A stretch of 64,000 bases of DNA from Gemmatales bacterium (GTDB taxonomy: Bacteria > Planctomycetota > Planctomycetia > Gemmatales > HRBIN36). Positions within the stretch are counted from its first letter, which is position 1. Each line of letters starts with the position of its first letter. The notes beneath the pieces were generated by a model. It saw only the letters and a list, made by a program, of their open reading frames with translations. It searched no databases and was not told the DNA's origin. A program made the translations under genes and the position numbers. The stretch lies in assembly GCA_041640595.1 (NCBI GenBank), contig JBEPZY010000002.1, positions 372,651 through 436,650 on the forward strand. Direction: 5' to 3'. Below are positions 10,329 to 20,366 of the stretch, piece after piece.

Positions 10329-11321
10329 TCATCCGGGTGGCATCAGAACGCGGAGAGTTTGTGCTGCCAGGTTGCGAACCACGGGATCGGGATCGTTCTG
10401 GGCCAGCACTTGCAATTGCGGGATGGCCGCCCGACCAGCGACACCGCAATCGGACAACACCAGCACCGCCGCTCGCCGCACCGAAGCGTCGTTGTGCTGG
10501 AGCTCTTTTTGCAGGATAGGCACAAGCTCGGCCGGGCCGGTTTCGCCAATCTGCAAAAGGGCGTGAACGGCACTGACCCGCACCAGGCCATGTTCATCGC
10601 TTAAGCGTTGCTTCAATGCGGCCTGGGTGGATTTGGCGGCTTTGCCTGCCCTGCCCAGCACCGCCACCGCAGCCAGTCGCACCTCCCACACCGCATCCCG
10701 CGTCGCCATTTCCAGCAGTTGGATGGCATCGGGCTGGTCTTTGATCAGCAGTTCCAGCGCATAGACCAGCGAAACTCGCAGACTCGTTTCCGGTTCATGC
10801 AAAAGGGGCCGCAAAAGTGGGACTAAGTCAGCCCGTGCCGGGTGGATTCTGACCAGAGCCAGTGCCGCAAACGCTCGCGTGTCGCCATCCGCATCCTGCA
10901 GTGCTTTTTCCAGCGCCGGTACAGCCGCTTTCGCTGCGGGTCCCATTTGCCCCAGCACAACCGCTACACGGCGACGCAAGGTCTTAGAAGGACCTTCGAG
11001 CACTTTGGCCAGGTCGGGAACAATCTTCGGCCCCATACGCACCAGGGCTTCGGCAGCGGTTTGGCGAACGCTCTCGTCCGCATCCAGCAACGCCTCCAGA
11101 AACACCTCCAGCGCTGCGGTGGCGTTGGGGGCGATTTGCAGCAATGTGCGTGCGGCCTCGCCTCGACGCAACGGGTCCTGGCTGCGCAATTGCTCAAAAA
11201 GCCGCCGTACACTGGCCGAATCCTGAGCCAGCACTGCGGCCGTCATCATTAGTCCAGCCGCCAGCCAACACCACGCCGTTTTCGTCCATCGCCAAAAACA
11301 CTCGTTGCGGTTCGGAAGCAT
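10329..11321 (-). CDS. Exported HEAT-repeat (PBS lyase-like) protein
   Basis: Signal peptide then repeated 'D.D..VR..AA.AL..G' units. Confidence 0.88.
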   Translation of the reverse strand: MLPNRNECFWRWTKTAWCWLAAGLMMTAAVLAQDSASVRRLFEQLRSQDPLRRGEAARTLLQIAPNATAALEVFLEALLDADESVRQTAAEALVRMGPKIVPDLAKVLEGPSKTLRRRVAVVLGQMGPAAKAAVPALEKALQDADGDTRAFAALALVRIHPARADLVPLLRPLLHEPETSLRVSLVYALELLIKDQPDAIQLLEMATRDAVWEVRLAAVAVLGRAGKAAKSTQAALKQRLSDEHGLVRVSAVHALLQIGETGPAELVPILQKELQHNDASVRRAAVLVLSDCGVAGRAAIPQLQVLAQNDPDPVVRNLAAQTLRVLMPPG

Positions 11322-11564
11322 TCGTCCATCTCCGGTTACGGTGTGCGGAATCACTGCTCATTGGGGCAACTGTAGTAGTTTACGCTGGCACAGGTTAAAA
11401 ACCAGCGTCGGCATCACCCTGGCCGTGTCGCTGCTTCCGTGAAATAAACCGCGAACCGCGGGGATTGGGTTCCGGGGTGTTTGTGTCGCCAGCGGAACTG
11501 TTTGCCCGCTTTCGTGAAGCGAATCGAACATTGCGCGGTCATGCCGAATGGCCGCGCTGCCACG

Positions 11565-12044
11565 CTAATTTGCCGGCACCGTCTCGGTCGCCGAAACAAT
11601 CTGCGGCGGCATGGCGAATCCCGCCTCTCGCAACTTGCGTGTTACGGCATGCACAGCCCCCATAGCGTGGCCATCCCCGACCACCTCGAGGATCACCGGA
11701 GCACGGAACACCTGCCGGCAGCCATTTCGCTCCTGAATCATGGCTTTCGGCGTGCCCGTCTGCTGGTAAAACGCTTCGTAGCGAGCTACCTGATACGTCA
11801 GCCACTGGTCGAAGAGCGGGTCGTTGAGTATGGCGACCCATCGGCCGTTGATAAAAACTTCGTTGACGCGCCGACCTCGCTCATCTGTCCCGCGAATCCG
11901 CAGCCGTAACGGTTCTTCTTCCTGCAGCGGTCGCAATTGGGGTAATTCCTTGCGTGCATTTCCTGCCGCGCCGTTGCACCCGACCACGCAGAGAACCAGA
12001 CCGCTCAGCCCTGCAAAAGCCCACCAGCAACCGATGTTCCGCAT
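11565..12044 (-). CDS. Hypothetical lipoprotein
   Basis: GGAG RBS; hydrophobic N-terminus ending VVGC. Confidence 0.65.
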   Translation of the reverse strand: MRNIGCWWAFAGLSGLVLCVVGCNGAAGNARKELPQLRPLQEEEPLRLRIRGTDERGRRVNEVFINGRWVAILNDPLFDQWLTYQVARYEAFYQQTGTPKAMIQERNGCRQVFRAPVILEVVGDGHAMGAVHAVTRKLREAGFAMPPQIVSATETVPAN

Positions 12045-13243
12045 GCGTTCTCTCCCTTATCATCTGGTCAGGCAATCGTGCGATTGTCGCAGTCGGAAAA
12101 GCTCTCCCGAATCACCCACCTGCTGTTTGCCTCCGCGAGGCACGGGGATTCGTCCTGCCCGCCGTTGATCATGGCCACGAATCCCCTCTTGTTGCCCCGG
12201 TCGCCTCGCTTCCCGTCTCTGCTTCGTGAAGCCATGCCGCGATTGTCGCCACAAGTTTCGCGTTGTTATCCCGTGCGGAATGCGGCATCGCCGGTCTTCG
12301 CTCAGCAAGCCGGCACCGCTTGCGCTTGCGTTCACCGAAACAATAAGCAATCCCCGTGCCGGGATTTTATGCCGAAGTTTCTTCTCCGCCCACGAACATG
12401 GTCAGGCAAATACTAACGTCTGGCTCACCACAGCATGAGCGGCTGCAAACATCGTCACGTGAGGCCTGCCGCTGACCGCCATCCATCGGCGATACGAATG
12501 GACTCGGAGCAGCTCCGTAACCACTCTCGGCATTCAGTTGCCCGCACATATTTCACGGCCCCATATACGCACAGCAGCGTCCCAGCGCGGAGCACCCCAG
12601 CCACAGAATTGTGCCCTGGCTACGGCTGCCGCAAATCCACGCACCGAAGGAGAAGCGCGGTTACGCCATAATGGCAGTGGCAATAGCTTGCAACGCGGTA
12701 AAAACGGATTTTACGCCATTTCGGCATACGTCTACAACGATTCTGACCGGTTCCGCCGGACGGTTGACTTCATGCAACCTCCAGTAAAATGCCGGTTCCC
12801 TTGCATTAGAGACCGATTGGCCAACGCTGGTAGCGATGGACGATGTTTTCTACACCCCAGAGGAATGCAACTCTGGTGCGATCGAAAATGAGTGTTTGAG
12901 GAAGTTTGAGTAACTTGCGAGGTATCGAGCATCGGCGTCGGATTATACCGTTTGTATGGCTCCAGGCAGGGTTGCGGAAAGACGGAAGTTCCTCAAATTG
13001 AGGTATTTTTCTGATTAGAGACCCGTGCTCCTGACGAAAAAATGATTGCCATACACGCAAGCGGGATGCCCAGAAACGCGGGGAAGACGACCCAGCACGG
13101 TCTGGCAGGCATGGGGAAAAGCCTCGGGGAAAACGCGACGCGCACGACCCACGCGTCGCGGACCTCCCGAGGCGGGAGGGAATCGGTGAGGGCGACCCCG
13201 CAGGCGCCCCACCTTATCACGGGCATAGATTGGAGCGCGTGCT

Positions 13244-13819
13244 ATGAGGAAAGTGTTCACGACCGGGCAAGTGGCAAAAATCTGTAAAGTGGCCCCACGC
13301 ACCGTCAGTAAATGGTTCGACTCCGGCCGACTCCGGGGCTACCGTATCCCCGGCAGCCAGGACCGGCGGATCCCGAGGGAGAGTCTGATTCGCTTCCTCA
13401 AAGAGCATGGCATGCCCCTCGGCGAACTGGAAGAGGAAATGTGGCACAAAATCCTCATCCTCGGTGCGGAGGACCTCTTTATTCAGAGGATCAAAGAACT
13501 CCTGCCCGAATCCGAGGACTTCCGCATCCAGGTCGCCAACAGCGGTTTTGAAGCCGGTATCCTCGCCGAGAGCTTCCATCCCGACACCATCATCATTGAC
13601 CTGGCCATGGGACGCAGCGAGGGCATTCAGATCGCCCAGAACCTCCGCCGCAACGAAGAGTACAAAGACACCTACATCATCGCCCTGGCTCTCGAGGATG
13701 AAGCGAATCCCGAGGCCCTGTTGACTCTGGGGTTCAACGAGGCTTTCAAAAAGCCCTTCGACATTGCCCTGCTGGCCCAGCGAATCCGCACACTGGCCGC
13801 TCAGAAGCGGGAAGGCTAA
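13244..13819 (+). CDS. Response regulator with N-terminal excisionase/MerR-like HTH and C-terminal receiver domain (conserved planctomycete type)
   Basis: 'FTTGQVAKICKVAPRTVSKWFDSGRL.GYRIPGSQDRRIP' plus REC motifs 'PDTIIIDLAM' and 'FKKPF'. Confidence 0.9.
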   Translation: MRKVFTTGQVAKICKVAPRTVSKWFDSGRLRGYRIPGSQDRRIPRESLIRFLKEHGMPLGELEEEMWHKILILGAEDLFIQRIKELLPESEDFRIQVANSGFEAGILAESFHPDTIIIDLAMGRSEGIQIAQNLRRNEEYKDTYIIALALEDEANPEALLTLGFNEAFKKPFDIALLAQRIRTLAAQKREG

Positions 13820-13853
13820 TCGTCCACTAACGTACTGTCCGCGCATCGAACGC

Positions 13854-13881
13854 AGGCGGGCTCAGCCCGCCTTTCTTTTTT
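13854..13881 (+). terminator. Rho-independent terminator
   Basis: AGGCGGGC-TCA-GCCCGCCT followed by TTCTTTTTT, 35 bp after the regulator stop. Confidence 0.8.
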
Positions 13882-13968
13882 GCCTCACTTCGCAACAACC
13901 CAGCATCTGGCTGACAGGTGGCCTGGAACCGGTTGGTAATGCGAGCAAAGGAAACTGCACGCCCCGTA

Positions 13969-15264
13969 TTATTCTACAAGACTCAGGCTGCGTGTTCGAG
14001 CCACCTGGCTTTCCACCCAGTCCACGATTAACTCGCCGTTACCGGTGAGTACAATCTGCGAAGAGATGACCTGCGTAGCAACCAGATTGCCCGTGCCATT
14101 GCCGACAAAACGGGTTGTGCCGTGGGCGGCATAGTAGGCGCCGCGGATTTGCAAGTTGCCGTTGCCGCTCACACTGATCGCGTTGGTCGCATCCCGGCGC
14201 TGGTAGAAGACAAGCCCCTGATAAGGCCCGGTAGTCGGGGCACTGATTTCGACGCGTCCTAAGCCGGAGATGTTGATATCGTCCGCTGGCGAGCGCGGAT
14301 CGTTATAGATAAGGACATTGTTGCCGATCAGGTCTCCCTGACCGGTGCTTTGAAAGCCACCCCCTTGCAAATAATAGATGCCCGGCATCAAGGTAACGTT
14401 GACCTGGCCACTAATACTGATGCCCCCTATATAAACGCCCGGTTGCAGAGTTACATTACCGCTGCCACTTAATCGCAGAGTTTGCCGGCTGCGTATCGGA
14501 AGTGAGTTCGGATTCGGTGGCGGCAAATAAGCAAGCGGATCGGGAACCGGAGTCTGTCCGCTGGTGATATTGCCACGGAAAGCCCCGCCGCCTGTCGTCG
14601 AATAACCAGGCGTGCCACTGAAATAAAAATTCGGCGCAGTTACCGACGCATTGCCGACAGCGAGTGCCCCAGCAGAATCGCCAGAATTGACGTACACTCC
14701 GGCTCGGCGCACATCGGCCCTGGCGTTGCCAACGGCATTCAAGGTGGCTCGACCATTCGGATTGAGTACGATGAGACCGCCCTGGACAGCGCTCCAGCGA
14801 CAGCGAGCGACGGCCCTTGCGGCTACCGATAGAGCTTCCGAGCTGAATATAGAACTAAACATTCGTTGCTGCGGAGCACGGATGATCACCTCGGCATAGC
14901 CGGGTTTCCCGGCACCTAATCCAGAGCGTGGCGGAATATAGACCTCGACTGTGCAACCATTAGCCGAAGAATAACCAGCCCGCGCCGCTAAGTCTAACGC
15001 AGCCGCCCGAGCTGCGCCGCTAGCATCTAATCCTCCATACTGAGGATAGTACCTATACAATTCGACCGCGGCTGCCAGTGCCGCAGCATCAGCGGTTGCC
15101 TGCACCCGACGCCGCTGATCGAGTAAGACCCCCCCATCGGTAACAAAAGCTACCGCACCCAACACAGGTACCATCGTCACGGCGGTCAACACCGCTACTT
15201 GCGCCCGTCGCCGCCACGCTAAATTGCAAAAATAGCCGAGAATCTTATAGCCTATCCCGGCCAT
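13969..15264 (-). CDS. TadG-like pilus assembly protein (Tad N-terminus plus Gly/Asn-rich beta-helix region)
   Basis: 'RRAQVAVL..' prepilin-like start, 'DGG.LL..RR.VQATADAAALAA'; 'LQPGVYIGGI', 'LMPGIYY'. Confidence 0.82.
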   Translation of the reverse strand: MAGIGYKILGYFCNLAWRRRAQVAVLTAVTMVPVLGAVAFVTDGGVLLDQRRRVQATADAAALAAAVELYRYYPQYGGLDASGAARAAALDLAARAGYSSANGCTVEVYIPPRSGLGAGKPGYAEVIIRAPQQRMFSSIFSSEALSVAARAVARCRWSAVQGGLIVLNPNGRATLNAVGNARADVRRAGVYVNSGDSAGALAVGNASVTAPNFYFSGTPGYSTTGGGAFRGNITSGQTPVPDPLAYLPPPNPNSLPIRSRQTLRLSGSGNVTLQPGVYIGGISISGQVNVTLMPGIYYLQGGGFQSTGQGDLIGNNVLIYNDPRSPADDINISGLGRVEISAPTTGPYQGLVFYQRRDATNAISVSGNGNLQIRGAYYAAHGTTRFVGNGTGNLVATQVISSQIVLTGNGELIVDWVESQVARTRSLSLVE

Positions 15265-15315
15265 GATTGCTCTCCGGTATAGATGTTGCATCTAATGTAG
15301 ATATAGATGGCCCAT

Positions 15316-15786
15316 CTAATAATGCATCGGGCTGACGGAAGTGCTACTGAGGGTGATGCCGCCGAGGAAAGCCTCCGGTATCCAGCGATAGCGCACCGTG
15401 ACCGTAACGGTATTGCCCACCGCTACCACTTCGTTGTTGCGCACCTCGACGCGATACGGGGCAGGGCTGGTACTCCAGGTAACCTGACACTGCAACTGAC
15501 GGGGATCCAGCCCGATAGCGCGAGGGAGAATGACCCGTTGCAGGATATCGTTAGCAGTCGGGAGTGGTTGAGCGTTTTCGCGGGCATAATCCGCTCCGTG
15601 GACGGCTGCCCATCGCGATGCCTCTCGAGCCAGAGCGGCTACCTGCAGGTAGCGGTACACACCAAAACTGCCGACGATGAGTCCCAGCAACAACAAAAAC
15701 ACAAGCGGGGCCACCAGAGCAAACTCTACTAAAGCAGCCCCTCGACGCTGCTGGTCTAAGATAATCGAAAAGCGCGCGACGCACAT
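15316..15786 (-). CDS. TadE family pseudopilin
   Basis: 'RRGAALVEFALVAP' and 'AREASRWA'. Confidence 0.9.
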   Translation of the reverse strand: MCVARFSIILDQQRRGAALVEFALVAPLVFLLLLGLIVGSFGVYRYLQVAALAREASRWAAVHGADYARENAQPLPTANDILQRVILPRAIGLDPRQLQCQVTWSTSPAPYRVEVRNNEVVAVGNTVTVTVRYRWIPEAFLGGITLSSTSVSPMHY

Positions 15787-15801
15787 GATTGTCTGGCCTT
15801 A

Positions 15802-16239
15802 CTATTGAGGTGCCGCCGGAGCTACGGGCATACGGACCCGGCGTTGCAGAGCCACACGGTTGGGAATGCCTGGATAGTTAGCCAGTGTCTCGAAGGTCCA
15901 GGCGGCGGTAACCACTATATAAGTCCGAGCGCTGCTGTCAGTTTCGTAGCGCCACGTGATCTCCGGTGCGGGTCTGATATCGGCCGCTTCAGCTAAAGCA
16001 GCGTCGCGGATGGACGAATAAGTCAGAGCCAGCGGCGAATAAGGATCGCTACCGTAAAGAGCACCGCTTCGGGCACAGTTTACGAGAATTTGCGAATAAT
16101 AAAAAATTCTTCCGTAATCTAAGGCCACTATGAAGAGAAACATCAGCAGCGGCAGGACTAACGCTAGCTCTACCGTCGCGGTAGCCGGTCGTTGTTTTCG
16201 GCGTTTAGTGTGCATGGTTCTAGCCCTCGAGGCAAGCAT
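15802..16239 (-). CDS. TadE family pseudopilin
   Basis: 'ATATVELALVLP..DYGR..Y...NCARSGA'. Confidence 0.88.
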   Translation of the reverse strand: MLASRARTMHTKRRKQRPATATVELALVLPLLMFLFIVALDYGRIFYYSQILVNCARSGALYGSDPYSPLALTYSSIRDAALAEAADIRPAPEITWRYETDSSARTYIVVTAAWTFETLANYPGIPNRVALQRRVRMPVAPAAPQ

Positions 16240-16496
16240 AGCTCATTAGCGGACCGGTGTCAAATTAGGGAATACCTTTACAGTTTGCCGCGCCTGCAAA
16301 GTCAATGTAATCGTTAGAATCGCTACAACCGTAACCGGCGTTCTCGTTGCTAAGGCCTTTACACGTGATAAGGCCTTGCCAGGCGATAAATAGCGACCTA
16401 AGTTTCGACAAACTCACGCAACGAGAACCAGGCGGTAGATGAGAAAGCTTAGAAGCGCACGACCCAGCGACGCTTCAGCATGGGAGGAGAAAAGTC

Positions 16497-16700
16497 ATGC
16501 GAGGACTTAGTAGTGTCGTGCTGACAGTTATCCTGCTGGCAGGGCTGGCGGGATGCAGGAACACAGGTGGCCACACGTCGTGGTCGCGGCGAGGCGAACC
16601 GCCCGCGGTCAGCGTTCCCCCGCCGGCTTCCAGTAGCGTGCCAGTCGCCCCCACTCCGCCAGTTTCGGGAACGCTGGAACCGAATCCTTCCGGTCACTAA
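16497..16700 (+). CDS. Small lipoprotein
   Basis: GGAGGAG RBS, canonical lipobox LAGC, Pro-rich tail; 4-bp convergent overlap with the M42 gene. Confidence 0.6.
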   Translation: MRGLSSVVLTVILLAGLAGCRNTGGHTSWSRRGEPPAVSVPPPASSSVPVAPTPPVSGTLEPNPSGH

Positions 16701-17755
16701 GGTGTCCAATCGTCGTCGGGCCGGACACTGCAACAGAATTCGCTAAGCAACGCTGCGGCGGCCTGTAGATCTGCCAGGCTGACCATTTCGACCGGGCTGT
16801 GCATGTAGCGGTTGGGGATGCCGATCAAACCGGTGGCGACGCCGTCGCGGCTGAGTTGCATGACGTTGGCATCGGTACCGGTGCCGCGGGGGTGACCGCG
16901 AAGCTGATAGGGGACACCGGCGCGTGCGGCTGCGGTTTCCAGGCGTTGGAGGACGCGAGGGTTAATGTTTGGCCCGCGCACCAGAACGGGCCCTTTCCCG
17001 AGCGCTACCTCGCCGAGTTGTTTGCGTTCGTTGCCCGGCGTATCGGTGGCATGGGTAACGTCCACAGCAATTCCGATGGCTGGATGGATACCGTAGCTGC
17101 TGGTGGTGGCGCCGCGCAGGCCGATTTCTTCCTGCACGGTGGAGACACAGAACACGGCCGCTTGCAGTTTTTGCTGCCGTAACCGACGCAGCACTTCCAT
17201 GACGACCCAGACGCCCACCTTGTCGTCCAGACCAGGAGCGGCCAGCAGATCGTTGCGCATCGGGCGGATGTCCAGGTGGACGGTGACCGGATCGCCAATC
17301 CGCACCAGTTGCTGGGCTTCCTCGCGGCTGGAAACACCAATATCGAGCCAGACCTCGTGGAACTCCGGAACCTTCTTGCGTTCCTCGGCGGTAAGTAAAT
17401 GGGGGGCTTTGCGTGACAGGACACCGGTCACGGGCCCCTGCTCAGTCCAGACGGTCAGGACCTGTCCAAGCAGAATTTGCATGTCCCAGCCGCCGATCGG
17501 TTGCACATATAAAAAGCCGCGTTCGTCTATGTGCTGCACCATCAGGCCGATCTGGTCGCAGTGACCGGCGAGCATGATGCGTGGCTGACCTTCGGGATTG
17601 CGGATAGCGATCACGTTGCCGTGACGGTCGGTGCGAACATCGTCGGCAAACTCAGCGGCCCAGCGTCGCACGATGTCCTGCACCGGACGTTCGTAGCCGC
17701 TGGGGCTGGGCGTGCGAAGGAGCTGGTCGAGCAGGTTGCGGGAAGAGTTGTCCAT
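16697..17755 (-). CDS. M42 family metallopeptidase (TET-like aminopeptidase)
   Basis: 'SPSGYE', 'AGHCDQIG', 'LDDK', 'VQEEIGLRGA', 'GTDA', 'RYMHSPVE'. Confidence 0.93.
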   Translation of the reverse strand: MDNSSRNLLDQLLRTPSPSGYERPVQDIVRRWAAEFADDVRTDRHGNVIAIRNPEGQPRIMLAGHCDQIGLMVQHIDERGFLYVQPIGGWDMQILLGQVLTVWTEQGPVTGVLSRKAPHLLTAEERKKVPEFHEVWLDIGVSSREEAQQLVRIGDPVTVHLDIRPMRNDLLAAPGLDDKVGVWVVMEVLRRLRQQKLQAAVFCVSTVQEEIGLRGATTSSYGIHPAIGIAVDVTHATDTPGNERKQLGEVALGKGPVLVRGPNINPRVLQRLETAAARAGVPYQLRGHPRGTGTDANVMQLSRDGVATGLIGIPNRYMHSPVEMVSLADLQAAAALLSEFCCSVRPDDDWTP

Positions 17756-17797
17756 GCCTGGTTTCCTCCCGAAAGCAGGGCCCGGTCGGGGTTGGGA

Positions 17798-18907
17798 TTA
17801 ACCGAATCGGCGAAAGAGTCGGCTCAGCCAGAGGCGAATCTGCCAGCCTGCCAGGTACAACAACAGCAGTCCGCCGACAATGAGCAGCGTCCAGGCACGC
17901 CAGTCGAAGCGCGACCACCAGGCAATCGGTCGGTCGGTTGGGGCGTCCTCGGCGGGCAGGGGCAGGTCGGGCAATGCCAGTGCCGGCGCGGTGGAGCGGT
18001 GCTGCTGTGCTGTTTGTAAAATCCAGGCGCGTCGCTGGCGAAACTGCTGGCCTGCCAGACGCAGGTCGCTGGCCATCTGCATCGCCTGGACCGCTGCCGA
18101 CCATTCCTGTCGTGCCGCCAGCCATTCGGCTAAAAGCCACCAGAGCTGTCCGTCAAACGGAAACCAGATGAGCAACTGCTGCAGCACTTCCCCGGCCTCC
18201 GTGGGCAGCGTCTCTGGTGAGGTGGGCGAAGTGGTGAGTGGATGCGGTGACGGATTGTCCGACGGTGGGGTTTCCCACCAGCGCACACCAAACAGGTCGT
18301 CGAGCACGGCTTCGTCGCGGGGGAGTTTGCCAAGCTGGCGCAGATGCTGCTGGGCCCGGCGTTGCACGGCCAGACGGAGATGCCATCGTTCCCAGCGCTG
18401 GGCTGGTTCCGGAGCCAGTGCGATGGTTTCCTGCAACAGAGCCAGGGCTCGGTCATATTCGCCGCTCAGCTGATAGACCGTGGCCAGGTTCGCGGTCAGA
18501 CGGTAATCACGTGGAAAACGAGCCCGGCCACGTTCCAGAACTCGCTGAGCCAGTTCGAGCGTGCTCTGGCCGTCTTTGGTTATGAGCCGCACCAGTAAAC
18601 CGCTCCAATCCACATAGTCGTCCGCCGTGAGTTCGGCTTCCGGTTTCTGGGCGAGCGTTTCTATTCGCTGACACGCCGCCTGCCGTAACCGACTGGCTGG
18701 CGTGCCGCTCAGCGGATCGGGAGGTGCGAAGGAACGCAGTTGCGGAATCACCGTGTCGAAGAACCGTGACCAGGTCGGCACGGGCTGCAATATCTCCTCG
18801 GCGACCGGACGGTGATATAACCCGGCTTGAGCGGACGGACACCAGAGGAGCCAAAAGGCCACGGTTATCGCAACCAGTGCCAATGGCCGGGCGATCCGAA
18901 CTGGCAT
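17798..18907 (-). CDS. Exported TPR-containing protein with C-terminal membrane anchor
   Basis: Signal peptide from MPVRIARP, TPR-like 'ANLATVYQLSGEYDRA', terminal TM helix. Confidence 0.75.
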   Translation of the reverse strand: MPVRIARPLALVAITVAFWLLWCPSAQAGLYHRPVAEEILQPVPTWSRFFDTVIPQLRSFAPPDPLSGTPASRLRQAACQRIETLAQKPEAELTADDYVDWSGLLVRLITKDGQSTLELAQRVLERGRARFPRDYRLTANLATVYQLSGEYDRALALLQETIALAPEPAQRWERWHLRLAVQRRAQQHLRQLGKLPRDEAVLDDLFGVRWWETPPSDNPSPHPLTTSPTSPETLPTEAGEVLQQLLIWFPFDGQLWWLLAEWLAARQEWSAAVQAMQMASDLRLAGQQFRQRRAWILQTAQQHRSTAPALALPDLPLPAEDAPTDRPIAWWSRFDWRAWTLLIVGGLLLLYLAGWQIRLWLSRLFRRFG

Positions 18908-19278
18908 GGATGGCGGATCGGAGGGCAGACAGGTTACGTTTACGGTTGCAGGTGGGGCGATTTTTCGCCGCGAGCGGATCGGCATGAGGAACCGGCTCGG
19001 GCGGGATACCCTCTCCTGCGGACCGCTTACCAGAAGCGAGCCTGGCGACGGTGGTGGTTCCCATCTGCGTGGGGGACGTCTGAGGAAAGAACTGCCGGTC
19101 ATCTCGTGTGGGCTGTGCTTGAGGTCTGGGGCGTAAGACTCGGCGTTTTATCGCATTGAATTTGCACGGAGGCAAGTTAGCATCGTGTATCGGTCGTGAT
19201 AGGCGCCGTGCGGGTCAGCGTAGCCGCGTGGGAGTTGGGAGCCAGGGATCGAAGCGGCAGACATCGGCAAAAAGCGCG

Positions 19279-20145
19279 TCAATATAAAAGCGAGGCGAGT
19301 CGGCTGCGGTAGGTGTTGGCGAGGTCGCTGTCGTCGCCGAGTATGTGGAAGATACGCACCATGGTTTCGCGCACCTGGGATTGGGCGAGTTGCGGATTCA
19401 ATTCCCCGGCCCGAAGCAAACTTTGCAGGGCTTCCTCAAATCGGCCAGCAGCGGCCAGGCACACGCCCAGTCGGTAATGAGCCTGGGCGTCGTTGGGGTG
19501 TTCCTGAACATCCGCGAGACAGCGAGCCAGACCGCCGGCCGACTCGGCTTGTTCCCGAAATTGTGCCCGCGCCTGGACGTTGGCTGCCTCTTGAAAGTAC
19601 GTGCTGGCTTCGGTGACGCGCTGGGCTTCCGGAAGCGCTTCCTCCCATCGCCCCAATTCCGCCAGCGCGAGGGCCCGCAAGGCTGCTACGTCTTCGTTAT
19701 CCGGTTGCGTCTGGCGGAGCTTGTCGAGTTGCTGCAACGCATCGTGCGGATTGGTGCGGAGCAGTTCGCGCAACCGCGCCAGCTGCGTCTCGGTCTGGCT
19801 CGGTACCAGGGCATCCAGGAACTGGCGTAGCTGTTGCTCCGGCAACGCTCCATGAAACCGACCGACTAAATGACCGTCCTTGAACGCCATCACCGTCGGC
19901 ACCACTTCGACGGCCAGGCTCATCGCCAGGTAAGGGTTCTGGTCTATGTCCACCTTGACGAGGATAAATCGCCCGCCGTATTCACGAGCCAGTCGTTCCA
20001 GGACGGGCCCGAGTTGTCGGCAGGGGCCACACCAGGTCGCATAAAAATCCACTACGACGGGTGCCCGTTTCGACTGTTCGAGCACCACGCGCTCAAACTC
20101 GCGTTCGCCAATTTCAACGATCCACGGGACATTTTCCTGCGTCAT
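19279..20145 (-). CDS. Thioredoxin-TPR chaperedoxin (YbbN/CnoX family)
   Basis: VVDFYATWCGPC N-domain, TPR C-domain ending 'YRSRLASLLY'. Confidence 0.9.
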   Translation of the reverse strand: MTQENVPWIVEIGEREFERVVLEQSKRAPVVVDFYATWCGPCRQLGPVLERLAREYGGRFILVKVDIDQNPYLAMSLAVEVVPTVMAFKDGHLVGRFHGALPEQQLRQFLDALVPSQTETQLARLRELLRTNPHDALQQLDKLRQTQPDNEDVAALRALALAELGRWEEALPEAQRVTEASTYFQEAANVQARAQFREQAESAGGLARCLADVQEHPNDAQAHYRLGVCLAAAGRFEEALQSLLRAGELNPQLAQSQVRETMVRIFHILGDDSDLANTYRSRLASLLY

Positions 20146-20366
20146 GCCGAAGCCTTCCTTTTTGTTAGTTATAGCGGGGAGCAGTTGTCCGGCTAGCGCC
20201 AAATAGAACCGGAGTGATCCCGGTTGCTTGTCGAAGCAAGCCCGGAAAATGGTTCTGTGCCGGCCTGTCAGCCTCGGTGGATTGAGCGAGCCTACGGCGA
20301 AGACTTATTTCCGCTCCAGGTATCCGCGATGTGTCCACCATTACCGGCAAGGCACAGCCAGGCCGA

